From an uncultured Actinomycetes bacterium (GTDB lineage: Bacteria > Actinomycetota > Acidimicrobiia > IMCC26256 > PALSA-555), in contig CAVSWH010000023.1 in the NCBI GenBank assembly GCA_963731625.1, positions 17,430-81,429 on the forward strand: 64,000 bases of DNA. Reading direction: 5' to 3'. Below are positions 19,400-29,558 of this stretch, piece after piece. Made by a program: the position numbers and the translations under genes. The notes under the pieces were generated by a model. That model was not told the origin of the DNA, made no database searches, and saw nothing but the letters and a program-made list of their open reading frames with translations. Within the stretch, counting starts at the first letter, position 1, and every line of letters begins with the position of its first letter.

Positions 19400-21022
19400 G
19401 CGAGGAAGGTCACCTCGCCGGCGGTGCCGTCAACCCGGACCCGCACACCATCGCTGATCCGCTCCGTCGCCTCTCGGGTCCCGACCACCCCGGGAATCCC
19501 GTACTCCCGAGCCACGATCGCCGAGTGCGACAGGAGGCCACCGCTGTCGGTCACGATCGCCCCCAGCAGCGGTAGCAGAATGTTGAATGCCTCGGTGGTC
19601 GCGACGGTCACGAGGACGTCGCCCTGGACGATCCGATCGAACTCCGTGGGACCCGACACTCGGCGGGCGGGGCCCTCGTAGACGCCCTGGCTCGCCGCCA
19701 GCCCGCGGAGCAGGTGGTCCTCGTGCGGCGCTTCTGAGCTGCCGAACACCTCACCCAACGCGAGCCCAGTGGCGGCCATGACGCGGCCAGGGCCAGGCGG
19801 CAGACCCGACGGGTCAGGCGGGGGACTCGGCGGATCGCCGAGCACCATCGGTGCGTCCTTGGCGCTGTGCGTGGCGCGGTACTCGGCACGAGCGGCGAGC
19901 TCGCCGCTCGACGGTCCTCCAGATCCGGCCAGCAGCGCGTCCATCTCGTCGAGGGTCGCGTCGACGAGGTGGACCGGCTCGCTGAATTCGACCCTGGTCG
20001 GCGAGGCGACGCCCACCGGCGAGCACGGCCCGTCGCATCAGCCCGGACGCCCAACTGTCGCTGTAGATGCCGCGCTCGTCGCGCAGCCGATACATCAGAC
20101 GGGCCTCGCCGAGGAGCTCGTCGTACTCGTCGCGGTGCGCTTCGGGGACCTGTCGCCGCACGTTCTCGATCCGCTCGTCGACGTTGGAGGATGTGTCGTC
20201 CCGACGCTCCACGGCCACGCGCATGGCCCGGAGCAGCGCGTCCGGCAACTCGAGGGCCGCTGGCTCCGAGATGTCGAAGCCGTCGAGCGGCCGATAGCCG
20301 ACGAGGTCGAGGTAGTTGGACACGGCCGATCCCGACGCCCCACCGAGGTCGCGGAGAGCAGCCAGCACTTCGGCCGGGTCTCGATCGGACTGAAGCAGCT
20401 TGGCCGCTGCGCTGTCCGACGCGATCGTCGAGGTGAGCTGCTTCAACTCGTCCGAGCTGCCGGCCGACACCGGCGCCGCGCCCTGCATGAGACCCAGCAG
20501 CTCCGCCGGGGCGACGCCGACCCATGTCCCCACGTGCGCGAGAAAGTCGCCCGTCGGGATGACGGCCGATGCCGTGAAGCGCATGTGCTGCGTGATCATC
20601 ACCGCGTGGTGATCGGCGCAGCGGTGCAGGTACTCGATGAGCTCGTCGGCGCCGAGCGAGTCTGGGGCGACCGACTGGATCTCGCGGTGGGTCGCGATCG
20701 ATGCCGGCTTGACCTGTTCGTCCCACTCGCGCAGTTGCTCACGCCAGACCTTCTTCGCGAACACCTCGTCGGCGCGTGCGAAGCGAGCGGGGATCTTCTC
20801 TTCCGGTGCCGGCATCATCCGGTTGTACGCGAAACCATTCACGTACTGCGTCTGGAGCCCGTCGATGACCATCCCGTAGTACTCGGCAAAGTCATGCGTG
20901 CCGCGTGCGAACGCGTCGGGGTGCATCGCTGCCCAGTAGCGAGTGACCGGCCGGGGAAAGTGCACCGGGTCAAGGCCCCAAGAACCCGGTCCCGGTGCCT
21001 CGAACGTGAGCGGTTCTGCCAT
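19396..21022 (-). CDS. PEP-utilizing enzyme with substrate domain and phospho-His swivel domain, rifamycin-phosphotransferase-like (one +1 frameshift at ~19985)
   Basis: W.LD..HFPRP N-terminus and GG.LSHSAIVAREYGIPGVVG motif. Removing one base joins GRI to SEPVHLVDAT. Confidence 0.85.
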
Positions 21023-21271
21023 GCCGAATGCCCCCTCCCGCCACGGTTGCTACAACGGTGCCCCGCCGGATTATGGGTCGGGGTTCCGAGTCGTGCAACC
21101 GCGCCTTGGCGCGCCATGCCTTTGAGTCTGTGGGATCTGCGTGAAGAGTCCGTCGGAGTCGAGCTCTACCCATCGCTCGACGATGTGACCGTCGGCCACC
21201 CGCCACATGACGATTCCGGGCATTCACCAAGAACGGTGTAAGGCTCAGCGCGCCCTACCAGGGTCATCACC

Positions 21272-21298
21272 GACTCGCGGCTTCCTGGACCGCGAGTC
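21272..21298. repeat. 27-bp palindrome
   Basis: gactcgcg-gcttcctggac-cgcgagtc. Confidence 0.95.
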
Positions 21299-21467
21299 GG
21301 GGGGATCCGAAAGGACGCTGCTCATCATCGACGCTCCCATCTGCCGAATCCCCGAATCCAGCAAGGATCGTGGACCATCGCGCGAGCGGCGGTGGCGGCC
21401 GGACCGACACCTCCGGCACACGGTGCGCCGGAGAGCGCTCGGTGTATCGTCATTGCCCTTGGAGCAA

Positions 21468-22025
21468 GTGGAGAATCCGCGTTGCGCGGACGTATTCATC
21501 AGTTACGCCCAAGATGAGGACGGCGCGCGGGCGCTGAAGATCGCGGACGAACTCGAGCAGGTCGGTGCGACCGTGTGGATCGCGGAACGAAGCATCGCAG
21601 GCGCGCAGAACTACGCCCTGGAGATCGTCGGCGCGATCGACGCTTGCAAGGTTGTTGTGATCCTTTGCTCGGGTGCGTCGATGCGCTCGCCGCACGTGCC
21701 GGTCGAAATGGAATTGGCGTTCGAGACGGGAAGGCCACGCCTTCCGCTCATGCTCGAAGGAGTCGAGTTCACCAACGAGATGCGGTACTGGCTTGCCGGA
21801 GCGAACCGCATCGATGTCAGCGGCTCGGTAGACGACTGGCTGCCGAAGGTGTTGCATGCTCTCGAACTGCTCGGTGTGAACGTCCAGGCGCCGGGCAACC
21901 ATCCGAGCGCAGAGCCGACGCCGTTCAGCCCCGAGACAGTGGCCCTCGGGCGGGAGCAGATGATGGAGGCGCTAGGCCGCTCCGCATCCCGACCGGCACC
22001 GCCGTCGCGCCCGACGCAAGCCTAG
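21468..22025 (+). CDS. TIR-domain protein, probably C-terminally truncated
   Basis: DVFISYA..D, VW...I..., S..S..S.HV..E motifs; ends shortly after a LGRE motif. Confidence 0.8.
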   Translation: MENPRCADVFISYAQDEDGARALKIADELEQVGATVWIAERSIAGAQNYALEIVGAIDACKVVVILCSGASMRSPHVPVEMELAFETGRPRLPLMLEGVEFTNEMRYWLAGANRIDVSGSVDDWLPKVLHALELLGVNVQAPGNHPSAEPTPFSPETVALGREQMMEALGRSASRPAPPSRPTQA

Positions 22026-22091
22026 ATTTCCGCGCGTCTTGAACGCAGTGCCCTGCGCCTAACCAAGGCGAGAAGCGCGGATCGATGGGCT

Positions 22092-22285
22092 GACTCGCGG
22101 TCTGCTGATTCCCGGGTCGCTTGGCGGGTTGAGAGGCAATCTCGATGTGACTCGCTTGTCGCTGGACCGGGAGTCAGCGCTTGCTCTCGGGTCGGCGTGG
22201 CCGGCTGACGGTGCCTCATCGGCGGGAGGCCCGGCGCGCCTCTCCTACCGTCATCACTGACTCGCGGTTTCCTAGACCGCGAGTC
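22092..22285. repeat. Cluster of three palindromes (22092, 22149, 22259)
   Basis: Perfect copy at 22259-22285 and two degenerate copies, all with 11-bp spacers. Confidence 0.9.
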
Positions 22286-22335
22286 GCCTGCTGTCTCACG
22301 AACTGCGAGACGAGAGGCAGGGTCGAACTGCCGGT

Positions 22336-23301
22336 TCAACCCGTGAATTGGGGAGCGATCACGAGCGGCGGCGGTGGCGGCGGGGTGCTACAGGTCTGAA
22401 GGGCCAGTGACACCGGATCGCCGGTCGCGCCGGCGAGGATGGGACCGACGGTGGCCGTGCCCGTCGTCGTGTCGAGCGTGAAGACATGCCGCACGGTGTC
22501 TGCGGTGGTTCCGACACCCCACAGCTCGCCGGTACCGTCGAAGTCGAGGCCGGACAGCAGGTTGTTCGTGCCGAAGCCGGTGCCGATCGTGTTGGGCGCG
22601 CCATTGGTCAAGTTCAGCGCGTCGAGCAGCGCATTGGGGCCGGCGTCCTCACTCCGAACGCCCCCCGGTGGAGTAGAGCTCTTGGTCTTGGCATTCATGG
22701 TCCCGGGCTGAGGCTCGATCGTGAACCCCGCGTCGGCGCAGGAGATGGCCAGGTTGTCTAGGGAAGTGCCCGCGGGAGCCGCCCCGACGAACTCGGCGGC
22801 GGCGATGTTGCTCAAGTTGGCGCGATAGAGGCAGGTGGCGCTCGTGCCGCAACCGGCATCAGCGCCCACCATCGTCGCGAATACTGTCCCGGACGAGTCG
22901 AAGGCCAACCCCGCCTCTGTCGGATCCGCGAACGCGTTGAACGAACCGAACTGCCCGAGGTCTGCATCGACCTGGCCCGTTGTCGTATCGAGCTGGAAGA
23001 GGTGTATCGGCCCGGCCGGCTGGCCTGCGTTGGTGGCGAGCCCGAAGAGACGACCGTCGGGGGCGTACGCGATGTCCGACATGCACACATCGCCGCCGAC
23101 GTGCGGGAGCGGTGTCACGGTCCCGGTGACGAGGTCGACCAGACCGAGCTGGCAATCCGCGCCGCCGATGCGCTGCGTCACGAGCATGTCGACGACCCCG
23201 GTCGGGAACGCGCCCGCTGGGGCGCCACCGCCGACTCCCAGCAATCCCAAAACGGCCACGCAGCACAGTAGGACGGCGACGCGCCGCACGCCTCTCCGCA
23301 T
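22336..23301 (-). CDS. Secreted beta-propeller protein ending in PQFTG
   Basis: Signal peptide ending PAGA; IAYAPDGRLFG, LAFDSSG and LDFDGTGELWG blades; poly-Pro linker then LVIAPQFTG-stop. Confidence 0.8.
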   Translation of the reverse strand: MRRGVRRVAVLLCCVAVLGLLGVGGGAPAGAFPTGVVDMLVTQRIGGADCQLGLVDLVTGTVTPLPHVGGDVCMSDIAYAPDGRLFGLATNAGQPAGPIHLFQLDTTTGQVDADLGQFGSFNAFADPTEAGLAFDSSGTVFATMVGADAGCGTSATCLYRANLSNIAAAEFVGAAPAGTSLDNLAISCADAGFTIEPQPGTMNAKTKSSTPPGGVRSEDAGPNALLDALNLTNGAPNTIGTGFGTNNLLSGLDFDGTGELWGVGTTADTVRHVFTLDTTTGTATVGPILAGATGDPVSLALQTCSTPPPPPPLVIAPQFTG

Positions 23302-23522
23302 CGAACCACCTTCCGACGAGACCGGTTGACGTTAGCCAAACGCGTCCGGTCCGTGGGCGGCCAAGCCCGCGCACTATCGGCTGGCCGGTACTCGGTCGAT
23401 TGCTGAGTGTCACGTACTTAAGATCGTCGAGAACGCCATGCAGCGGATCATGGACCCCGACGTCCCTCCCCGGACGCACACACGGCGTCTGACGTCGCCA
23501 CCGCCGCTAGCGGCTTTCGGGT

Positions 23523-23549
23523 GACTCGTGATCTGCTGAACCGCGAGTC
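23523..23549. repeat. Palindrome
   Basis: gactcgtg-atctgctgaac-cgcgagtc. Confidence 0.9.
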
Positions 23550-23597
23550 GCTCCAAGCTCGCGCAGGTCGACTGGCGACCGGGCGTCTGGCTCGGAG

Positions 23598-24425
23598 TCA
23601 GCGCACTCCGTTGAACATGTCGTTCTCGGGTACGACCGACGCCGTGGTGTCGTGAACGCGGATGTAGTCCTCTGCCGCGAAGATGGCGTCGAACGCGTCA
23701 GGCGGGAGCTTTGCGAAGAACGATTCCTCGATCTGACTCGCATGGGTCCGAAGAGCCGCGCGCTTGCGGTTCACGAACCGACTGACGTCGATCGTCGTAG
23801 TGATGCGCTCCTCGAGTTCCCGCATCCGCCGAACGATCTCCGGCTCGGGCTCCGGAAAGTCACCCTCGATGCCGTGCTCGACGAGAAGGTCTCGGAACTG
23901 GATGAACGTGCTGGCCCGGATCAAAGACCAGTACGCCTTCTTCGGGATCTCTGAGCGTTCGAGGGCCGCCATGGTTACCCGAGTCGCGTGGACGTGGTCG
24001 GGATGGTCGTAGCCAGCGTCGTCGGCGTATGTGACAACGATGTCGGGACGGTGCTTCTCGAACAATTGAACGAGCCGGTCGGCGCCCTCGCCGATCGGCA
24101 CGTTGCAGAATGCGTCGGCGCTGTCGCGGTACGCCCAGTCCGCCATGCCCGAGTCGTGGTAGCCGAGGAGTTCGAGCTTATGTACGCCGAGCAGTGCGCA
24201 CGCTCGCTCAAGTTCGCCTAGGCGGATGCGGGCAACCTCCTCGGGATCGTGACCCGGAGTTCCAGGCTTGATCCCGCCGGGGGCGTCGCCAAATTCGCCG
24301 TTCGTGCATGTGACGACGATGGTCCTCAGCCCCTCGTCGGCGTACCGGGCCAGGATGCCGCCCGTACTCGACGACTCGTCATCAGGGTGCGCGTGTACCG
24401 CCATCAGAGTCGGTACGTCGTCCAT
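23598..24425 (-). CDS. PIG-L family deacetylase (Mca/MshB-like)
   Basis: VHAHPDDE, VTCTNGE.G, DSGM, GY.HPDH and H.SQ motifs. Confidence 0.92.
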   Translation of the reverse strand: MDDVPTLMAVHAHPDDESSSTGGILARYADEGLRTIVVTCTNGEFGDAPGGIKPGTPGHDPEEVARIRLGELERACALLGVHKLELLGYHDSGMADWAYRDSADAFCNVPIGEGADRLVQLFEKHRPDIVVTYADDAGYDHPDHVHATRVTMAALERSEIPKKAYWSLIRASTFIQFRDLLVEHGIEGDFPEPEPEIVRRMRELEERITTTIDVSRFVNRKRAALRTHASQIEESFFAKLPPDAFDAIFAAEDYIRVHDTTASVVPENDMFNGVR

Positions 24426-24488
24426 TGAGTCACTCTTTCACGGGCCCCGACCACACTTGGCGCGGCATTGAATTTGCAACCCGGCCCT

Positions 24489-24557
24489 CACTCGCGATCT
24501 TCGAACTCGCGAGTCGAGTAATCACTGACTGACTCGCGGTCTGACGAACCGCGAGTC
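24489..24557. repeat. Paired palindromes joined by a 15-bp linker
   Basis: 24489-24515, linker gagtaatcactgact, then a perfect copy at 24531-24557. Confidence 0.92.
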
Positions 24558-24649
24558 GCTTGGCTGAGAAGGCAATCCCGATGTGCCTGGCGGCTTTCTG
24601 GAGTCAGCTCCAGTGCTCGGGGCCGGCGGCGCAAATGCGAGCTACCACG

Positions 24650-25729
24650 TCAGGCGTACTCCCAGGGCTCGAACAACCCCTCGAACTGGAGCTCACCCCC
24701 GCTGACTCGGCCGTACAACAGCCAATCGCCGCGGAACATCCCGTGCTCGTACGGCGAGCATGCGATATGGGTCTGCGCTGCGCCGGTGGTGCTCGGCATG
24801 AATCGGATCGTCTCAAGGCCGGCCTTGAGTCCTGGACCTGACAGGATCGGCGCTCGGAACAGGCCTTCGACGAGTACGCGCGCGGTGTCGTATGCGAGCA
24901 CCGGAATTGCATTCGGCCAGAGCGGTGGATCAGTGCCATACCGCGCAACGAAGCGTTCATGGAATCCGTGAACCAAGGGATTTCTCGGATCGAACTGATC
25001 GACGCCGACCCAACCTTCGAACTTGTCAAAGCCCATCAGATAGAACATGAAGGACGTTCCCATGATTCGGGGCGGATCCCACGCCAGCTTGTCGAGTGCC
25101 TGGCGCAGCTGACCTTCCGCTGCGAGCATCCCGTAGCCCATGTACACGAGCGCGTCTGGGTTGACCTGGCGAAGAAAGTCAAGATTCGTCGCGAGGTCCT
25201 TCGGGCTCTGGCTCACTGTCTCGACAGCGGCGATGCTGACACCGCGTCGGCGGCATTCCTGTCGGAAGAAGCGAAAGTACTCTTCACCGTTTGGTGAGAC
25301 TTCGCTAAGCACTCCGACGCGGCTGTAACCGTGACGCTTTAGCCAACCGACGACGAGCGCTGCGTCCCCTCCGCAGTCGCCGTTACCAAGGCGGAAGCAG
25401 TATTCGCCTCGGAGACGCTCCGTACCGCACCAGCTGATGAGCGGAACCTCGAGCTGGTTGGCGAGTGGTCCGACGGTGATCGCGTTGTCTGAACTGTATG
25501 CGCCCGCGACACCGATGCATCCCTCGTCAACGAGATAGCGAAAGCCGTCGGTTGCGTTCTTCGCCGAACCCTGAGGCAAGCCATTCTCGGGGTGAAGCAC
25601 GAACTCGACCGGTCGATCGAGCAAGCCCTGCTCAGACGCCTCGTCGAACGCCAGGCGATGGACCTTGTCGTAGCCGCCGCCCGGACCGTCGAGCGCTGCG
25701 CCGAGCCATCCGATCCTGATCGGTTCCAC
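24650..25729 (-). CDS. LivK-type (periplasmic binding protein type 1) ligand-binding protein without signal peptide
   Basis: PIRIG N-terminus, VAGAYSSD, and AYD..RVL motif. Confidence 0.8.
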   Translation of the reverse strand: MEPIRIGWLGAALDGPGGGYDKVHRLAFDEASEQGLLDRPVEFVLHPENGLPQGSAKNATDGFRYLVDEGCIGVAGAYSSDNAITVGPLANQLEVPLISWCGTERLRGEYCFRLGNGDCGGDAALVVGWLKRHGYSRVGVLSEVSPNGEEYFRFFRQECRRRGVSIAAVETVSQSPKDLATNLDFLRQVNPDALVYMGYGMLAAEGQLRQALDKLAWDPPRIMGTSFMFYLMGFDKFEGWVGVDQFDPRNPLVHGFHERFVARYGTDPPLWPNAIPVLAYDTARVLVEGLFRAPILSGPGLKAGLETIRFMPSTTGAAQTHIACSPYEHGMFRGDWLLYGRVSGGELQFEGLFEPWEYA

Positions 25730-25830
25730 CGTGCTCCCTTCGACGTCCCCTCAACCTCGTCATACTGCGTACGTGCGTCTGGCCCTCGCAAGATGGCCGG
25801 ACGCTTTCCGTTGGGGGCTCGCCCGCTCGC

Positions 25831-25858
25831 GGCTCGCGGTCGGGCTGAACCGCGAGTC
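25831..25858. repeat. Palindrome (12-bp spacer)
   Basis: ggctcgcg-gtcgggctgaac-cgcgagtc. Confidence 0.8.
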
Positions 25859-26057
25859 AAGAGACCTGATGCCTCGCCAGCCCGACGCTCACGACGGTGC
25901 GACCCCAGCAGTGCTTGGCGATCGACCTGGGCCCGGGCAGCTCGAAGGTGTCGGATCTATGGCGCCCGTACCGCCTCTACGGGACCGCGATCGTGTTCAC
26001 CGTGCGGCCAGGTCGGAGTCGATGCCGAGAGGCGTATGGACGCGCCGTCAGGCCTGA

Positions 26058-26477
26058 TCAGCCAGCGCGAGCCAGGGGAACTCTTGCGGCGTCGGCGGCG
26101 GGCATCGAGAACCAAGTCGTCGTCCGGCCGCGGTCAACCTCAGAGCCCCAATCGTCCGCGACCGCCTCGACCAGCCGACGGGCGACCTGGCGCTCGATCC
26201 GTTCGCTCGAGGCACTTGCGATGAGTCCAGGTTCGGCCGCGACCACCTCTACTCGTACGGTGCCACCGTCCAACCCGATGTGCAGGGCGATGGAGGTTGG
26301 TGCTTGTCGGATGGCATCGGCGACCAGTTCGGCCGTGAGGAGCGCCACATTCGCGTCGAGCCGATCGCAGCCCCAGCGGCTCAACACGTCCTGAACGAAC
26401 CGTCGCGAGAGGCGCGGCGCGAGCACCGTCGGCTCATATTGGCGGCGGTCAACCCGATGGCAACGCGTGGCGAGCAA
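26058..26477 (-). CDS. RsbW-like ATP-binding (HATPase_c) protein, degenerate
   Basis: SRRFV..L..WG, LLTAELVADAI (catalytic N replaced), LVEAVADDWG and TWF motifs. Confidence 0.65.
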   Translation of the reverse strand: MLATRCHRVDRRQYEPTVLAPRLSRRFVQDVLSRWGCDRLDANVALLTAELVADAIRQAPTSIALHIGLDGGTVRVEVVAAEPGLIASASSERIERQVARRLVEAVADDWGSEVDRGRTTTWFSMPAADAARVPLARAG

Positions 26478-26690
26478 CTCAAAGGCCTCCAGCTCGTTCT
26501 TCTACCCTTCCGTCGATTCGGATAACGCACCACCTGAATGCGCATTTCGCCCCGATCGGGTTCGGCGGAACCCAGGTGGTCGGGCGCCCGGGTCGCGAAA
26601 TGGCACATGGCCGGGGCTGAGGGCCCGGCGTCACTGCCCAGGGCCAACTACTCCGAGGTGCGAGCGTTTGAGCACTGCCGTCGTTGTTGT

Positions 26691-26794
26691 GACTCGCGAA
26701 CCTCCAAACCGCGAGTCGGGGGCCGGATGCGCCGTCTTCGCGGATGGTGAGCCCGACGGCGCCTCTAACTCGCGGTCCCAAGCGGTCGCGAGTC
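26691..26794. repeat. Two palindromes (26691 perfect, 26767 degenerate)
   Basis: gactcgcg-aacctccaaac-cgcgagtc and aactcgcg-N12-cgcgagtc. Confidence 0.9.
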
Positions 26795-26951
26795 CCTGTT
26801 TGGGTTAGACGTCCCTTGGGCCGACGAGCAAGTCGGACTACCGCCAGCGCGGTCGCCGCATGGCTTACGCCCGCCCCGGGTGATGGGCCACGACAATGCG
26901 AAGGGTGCAGAGGAGCGATTACCGGTCGAGCTGGCCTTCTACTGTGTGGCC

Positions 26952-27629
26952 GTGCCCGGTGAGAACTCGCCCGCCGCGTCCGGTGGTGTTCGAGGGGAGC
27001 CTCGGGCACCGGTCGTGATCGTGCTGATCGGCGCGATGTGCTTGTTCTTCTTCATGCCCGACCAGTTGCTACCGGGGCTTACCTGGCTCCTGCCCGCGAC
27101 GCTCGGATGCTTCCTCGTCGCGTTGGTGGTCACCGATCCTGGCCGGATCGATCGCCGATCTGTTGGCGTCCACAGGATCCGTCTGGGGCTCGTCGCGGTA
27201 CTGGTGGTGGGATCAGCATGGGCAACCGTCAACCTGACGTCCGATCTCATTAGCGGCTCGACAAAGATCAATCAATCCGCTTCATCGCTGCTCCGCGCTG
27301 GCGGGCTGGTGTGGCTCGGGCTCATCATCACTTTCTCTTTCCTCTACTGGGAGCTCGACCTCGGCGGGCCCGGCGAACGCGCTCACAAGAAGCGCCAGTT
27401 TCCAGACCTTGCGTTTCCCCCAGACCTCAGTCCGCAGATTTGCCCGCCCGGCTGGCATCCCGAGTACATCGACTATCTCTATCTTGGAATGACTAACGCG
27501 CTCGCCTTCAGCCCCACCGACGTCATGCCGATCGCCCGATGGGCAAAGATGGCGATGGGCCTTCAATCAATAACATCTCTCCTCGTCCTCGGCCTCGTCA
27601 TTGCCCGCGCGGTCAACGTACTGAAATGA
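26952..27629 (+). CDS. DUF1345-like membrane protein
   Basis: YWELD.GGP..R, F.FP, P.Y.DYLY and AFSPTDVMP...WAK motifs. Confidence 0.85.
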   Translation: MPGENSPAASGGVRGEPRAPVVIVLIGAMCLFFFMPDQLLPGLTWLLPATLGCFLVALVVTDPGRIDRRSVGVHRIRLGLVAVLVVGSAWATVNLTSDLISGSTKINQSASSLLRAGGLVWLGLIITFSFLYWELDLGGPGERAHKKRQFPDLAFPPDLSPQICPPGWHPEYIDYLYLGMTNALAFSPTDVMPIARWAKMAMGLQSITSLLVLGLVIARAVNVLK

Positions 27630-27688
27630 AGCCGCTCCTGCGGTGCTCGCCGCGCGGTTGCGGGTCGGGAAGGCCGAGTGGCAGAGGT

Positions 27689-27740
27689 CGCGGGTCGATC
27701 CGGAGACACGGGACTCGCGGTTCCATAGACATCGCGAATC
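27689..27740. repeat. Right arm, 15-bp linker, then a degenerate palindrome
   Basis: cgcgggtc at 27689-27696, 15 bp, then gactcgcg-N13-cgcgaatc. Confidence 0.7.
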
Positions 27741-27810
27741 AGGTTCGGTGAGCCTTCCCAGCGAATTAAATGAGGGTGCCGCGGCCACACCCTTGTTCCG
27801 AACCCACGCG

Positions 27811-28227
27811 CTATTCGGAGCCGGAGACCTCCTCAGGCGCGTCTTCCGGTGACAGCGATATCTCGGAGCTTTCAGATCTGACCCGATGCGCGACGCGGTC
27901 GCGGACCCAATCAATGCTGTTGGTTGCGCCCATCTCCTTGGACCAACCGGCAAGGGCCTCGTCGACGACGGCGCGTTCCGGGATGGTTGCAAGGACCGTG
28001 ACCACGACGTCCTCGGTGTGCATCGACTGCACGAAATCATCACCGATCCCGTCGCTGAAGATTGGCTCCACCGGTGCGCCCATCACGTAGAGCTCGCCCG
28101 TGTCTTGGACCCAGCTGACTTCGAGGCGGTTACCGCTGTTGTCCGACCAGTCGCGCCCGTACTCAAACTCCTCGGAGGTCCGGCGGGTCGGGTTCTGGTC
28201 ATAGAACTCTTCGATGTCCATCAGCAT
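27811..28227 (-). CDS. Conserved hypothetical acidic protein
   Basis: EFY..N..RR.S.E..YG.DW and SWV..TGELY pattern. Confidence 0.7.
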   Translation of the reverse strand: MLMDIEEFYDQNPTRRTSEEFEYGRDWSDNSGNRLEVSWVQDTGELYVMGAPVEPIFSDGIGDDFVQSMHTEDVVVTVLATIPERAVVDEALAGWSKEMGATNSIDWVRDRVAHRVRSESSEISLSPEDAPEEVSGSE

Positions 28228-28534
28228 CTCCTAAGTGCCCCTCGCAGGCAGACTAGCCAGCAGGCCAAAGGCGCTCTGGATAAGTCATCGCATCGTGAGA
28301 GCGTCGGCACGTTCGCTTATCAGGAAAGCGCGCGACGCAACGTGCGACGACCCCCCAAGCATGAACGTGAGGCTTGTCATACGCCGTCCCAGGCTCGGAC
28401 AGTCGAAAACCGCGCCGCAACTCGTCCCGGGGGGTACGGTCAATTCGGACACGGTGGTTCGACTCGCGGGTTGGTATCAACCGCCGCGAAAACCCCGTGT
28501 CGACAAGCACCCGGACTGCAACCTTGGGAGTTGT

Positions 28535-28939
28535 ATGAGTACGCAACCACAGCATCGGGGTACCGGCTGGATCTTCATATCAGGGATCTTGCTGTTCCTC
28601 GCTGGTGCGAACATCTTCATCAACGGGCTGTTCGCTTTGCATGCCAACAGCACGATCCAGGCCAACGTGAAGAGCACGCTGCTCTTCAGCGGCAACAACC
28701 TCAACACCTGGGGATGGATCTACGTCATCGTCGGTGCATTTGTTGCGATAGCCGGCTTGGCCGTCTTCGCACGGGCACAGTGGGCCGTCTACACCGGCAT
28801 CGTGGCCGCGATGCTCGGGCTCTTCATGGCCTTCTTCTGGCTGTTCACCCCGTACTGGCCAGACGCGCTGATCTCGATCCTGCTCTGCGGCCTCGTGATC
28901 CACGGCCTCGCAAGTTACGGAGTGGAAATTCCGAGCTAA
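28535..28939 (+). CDS. Four-TM membrane protein (DUF7144-like)
   Basis: GW..F.G and WGWI motifs, four hydrophobic helices, GGGAG RBS. Confidence 0.8.
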   Translation: MSTQPQHRGTGWIFISGILLFLAGANIFINGLFALHANSTIQANVKSTLLFSGNNLNTWGWIYVIVGAFVAIAGLAVFARAQWAVYTGIVAAMLGLFMAFFWLFTPYWPDALISILLCGLVIHGLASYGVEIPS

Positions 28940-29124
28940 GCGTCAGCGAGCTTCGGCGGACAGACGTTTCGGCCGCTGCGCGAGGGGAGCCCGGGCCAGT
29001 CGGCTCGGGCTCCCCTGCGCATTCAGGTGCTCAGCCCGATCCACCGTCACAAACCAGTCATGGTTGCGCGCCGAGCGATGTGCCGTACCCAGTCGGACAT
29101 AGATGCCGGTGACTTCAATTGGGC

Positions 29125-29292
29125 GACTCCCGGACTTCGAGAGCGCGAGTCGGAGCGCAGCGTGGCCGTCTGCCGTGGGGCCATCCGGTACTTCGCTCGC
29201 GCGGTACGAGGTTCGTGTTTCTGACCCCGCTGTCGCCCTGAGCGAACCGGCCGACCTCGGGTTGTGACTCGCGGTCTGCGAAACCGCGAGTC
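29125..29292. repeat. Two palindromes (29125 degenerate, 29266 perfect)
   Basis: gactcccg-N11-cgcgagtc and gactcgcg-gtctgcgaaac-cgcgagtc. Confidence 0.9.
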
Positions 29293-29558
29293 GCATGGGC
29301 CCTGTCCAACGCGGGCGCGGCCCGATTGCTTAAGACGACTGGTGGCCACCCCACGGCAGGTCAACCCACCTTTGACCGCATGTTCAAGAGTCCGTGGCTG
29401 TGACGAGCCTCCGCCGCCGCATCCCGACTCTCGATCCCAACGGCTCGCGCTCTTGCTTGGGAGTCGGTTCGAGCCGAGCCAAGCCATCACAGCCCGCTGT
29501 TGCATGGAACGAGGCGTACCTGCGACGCTCGTCGACGCAAAGATGAGAGGGCGACCGT

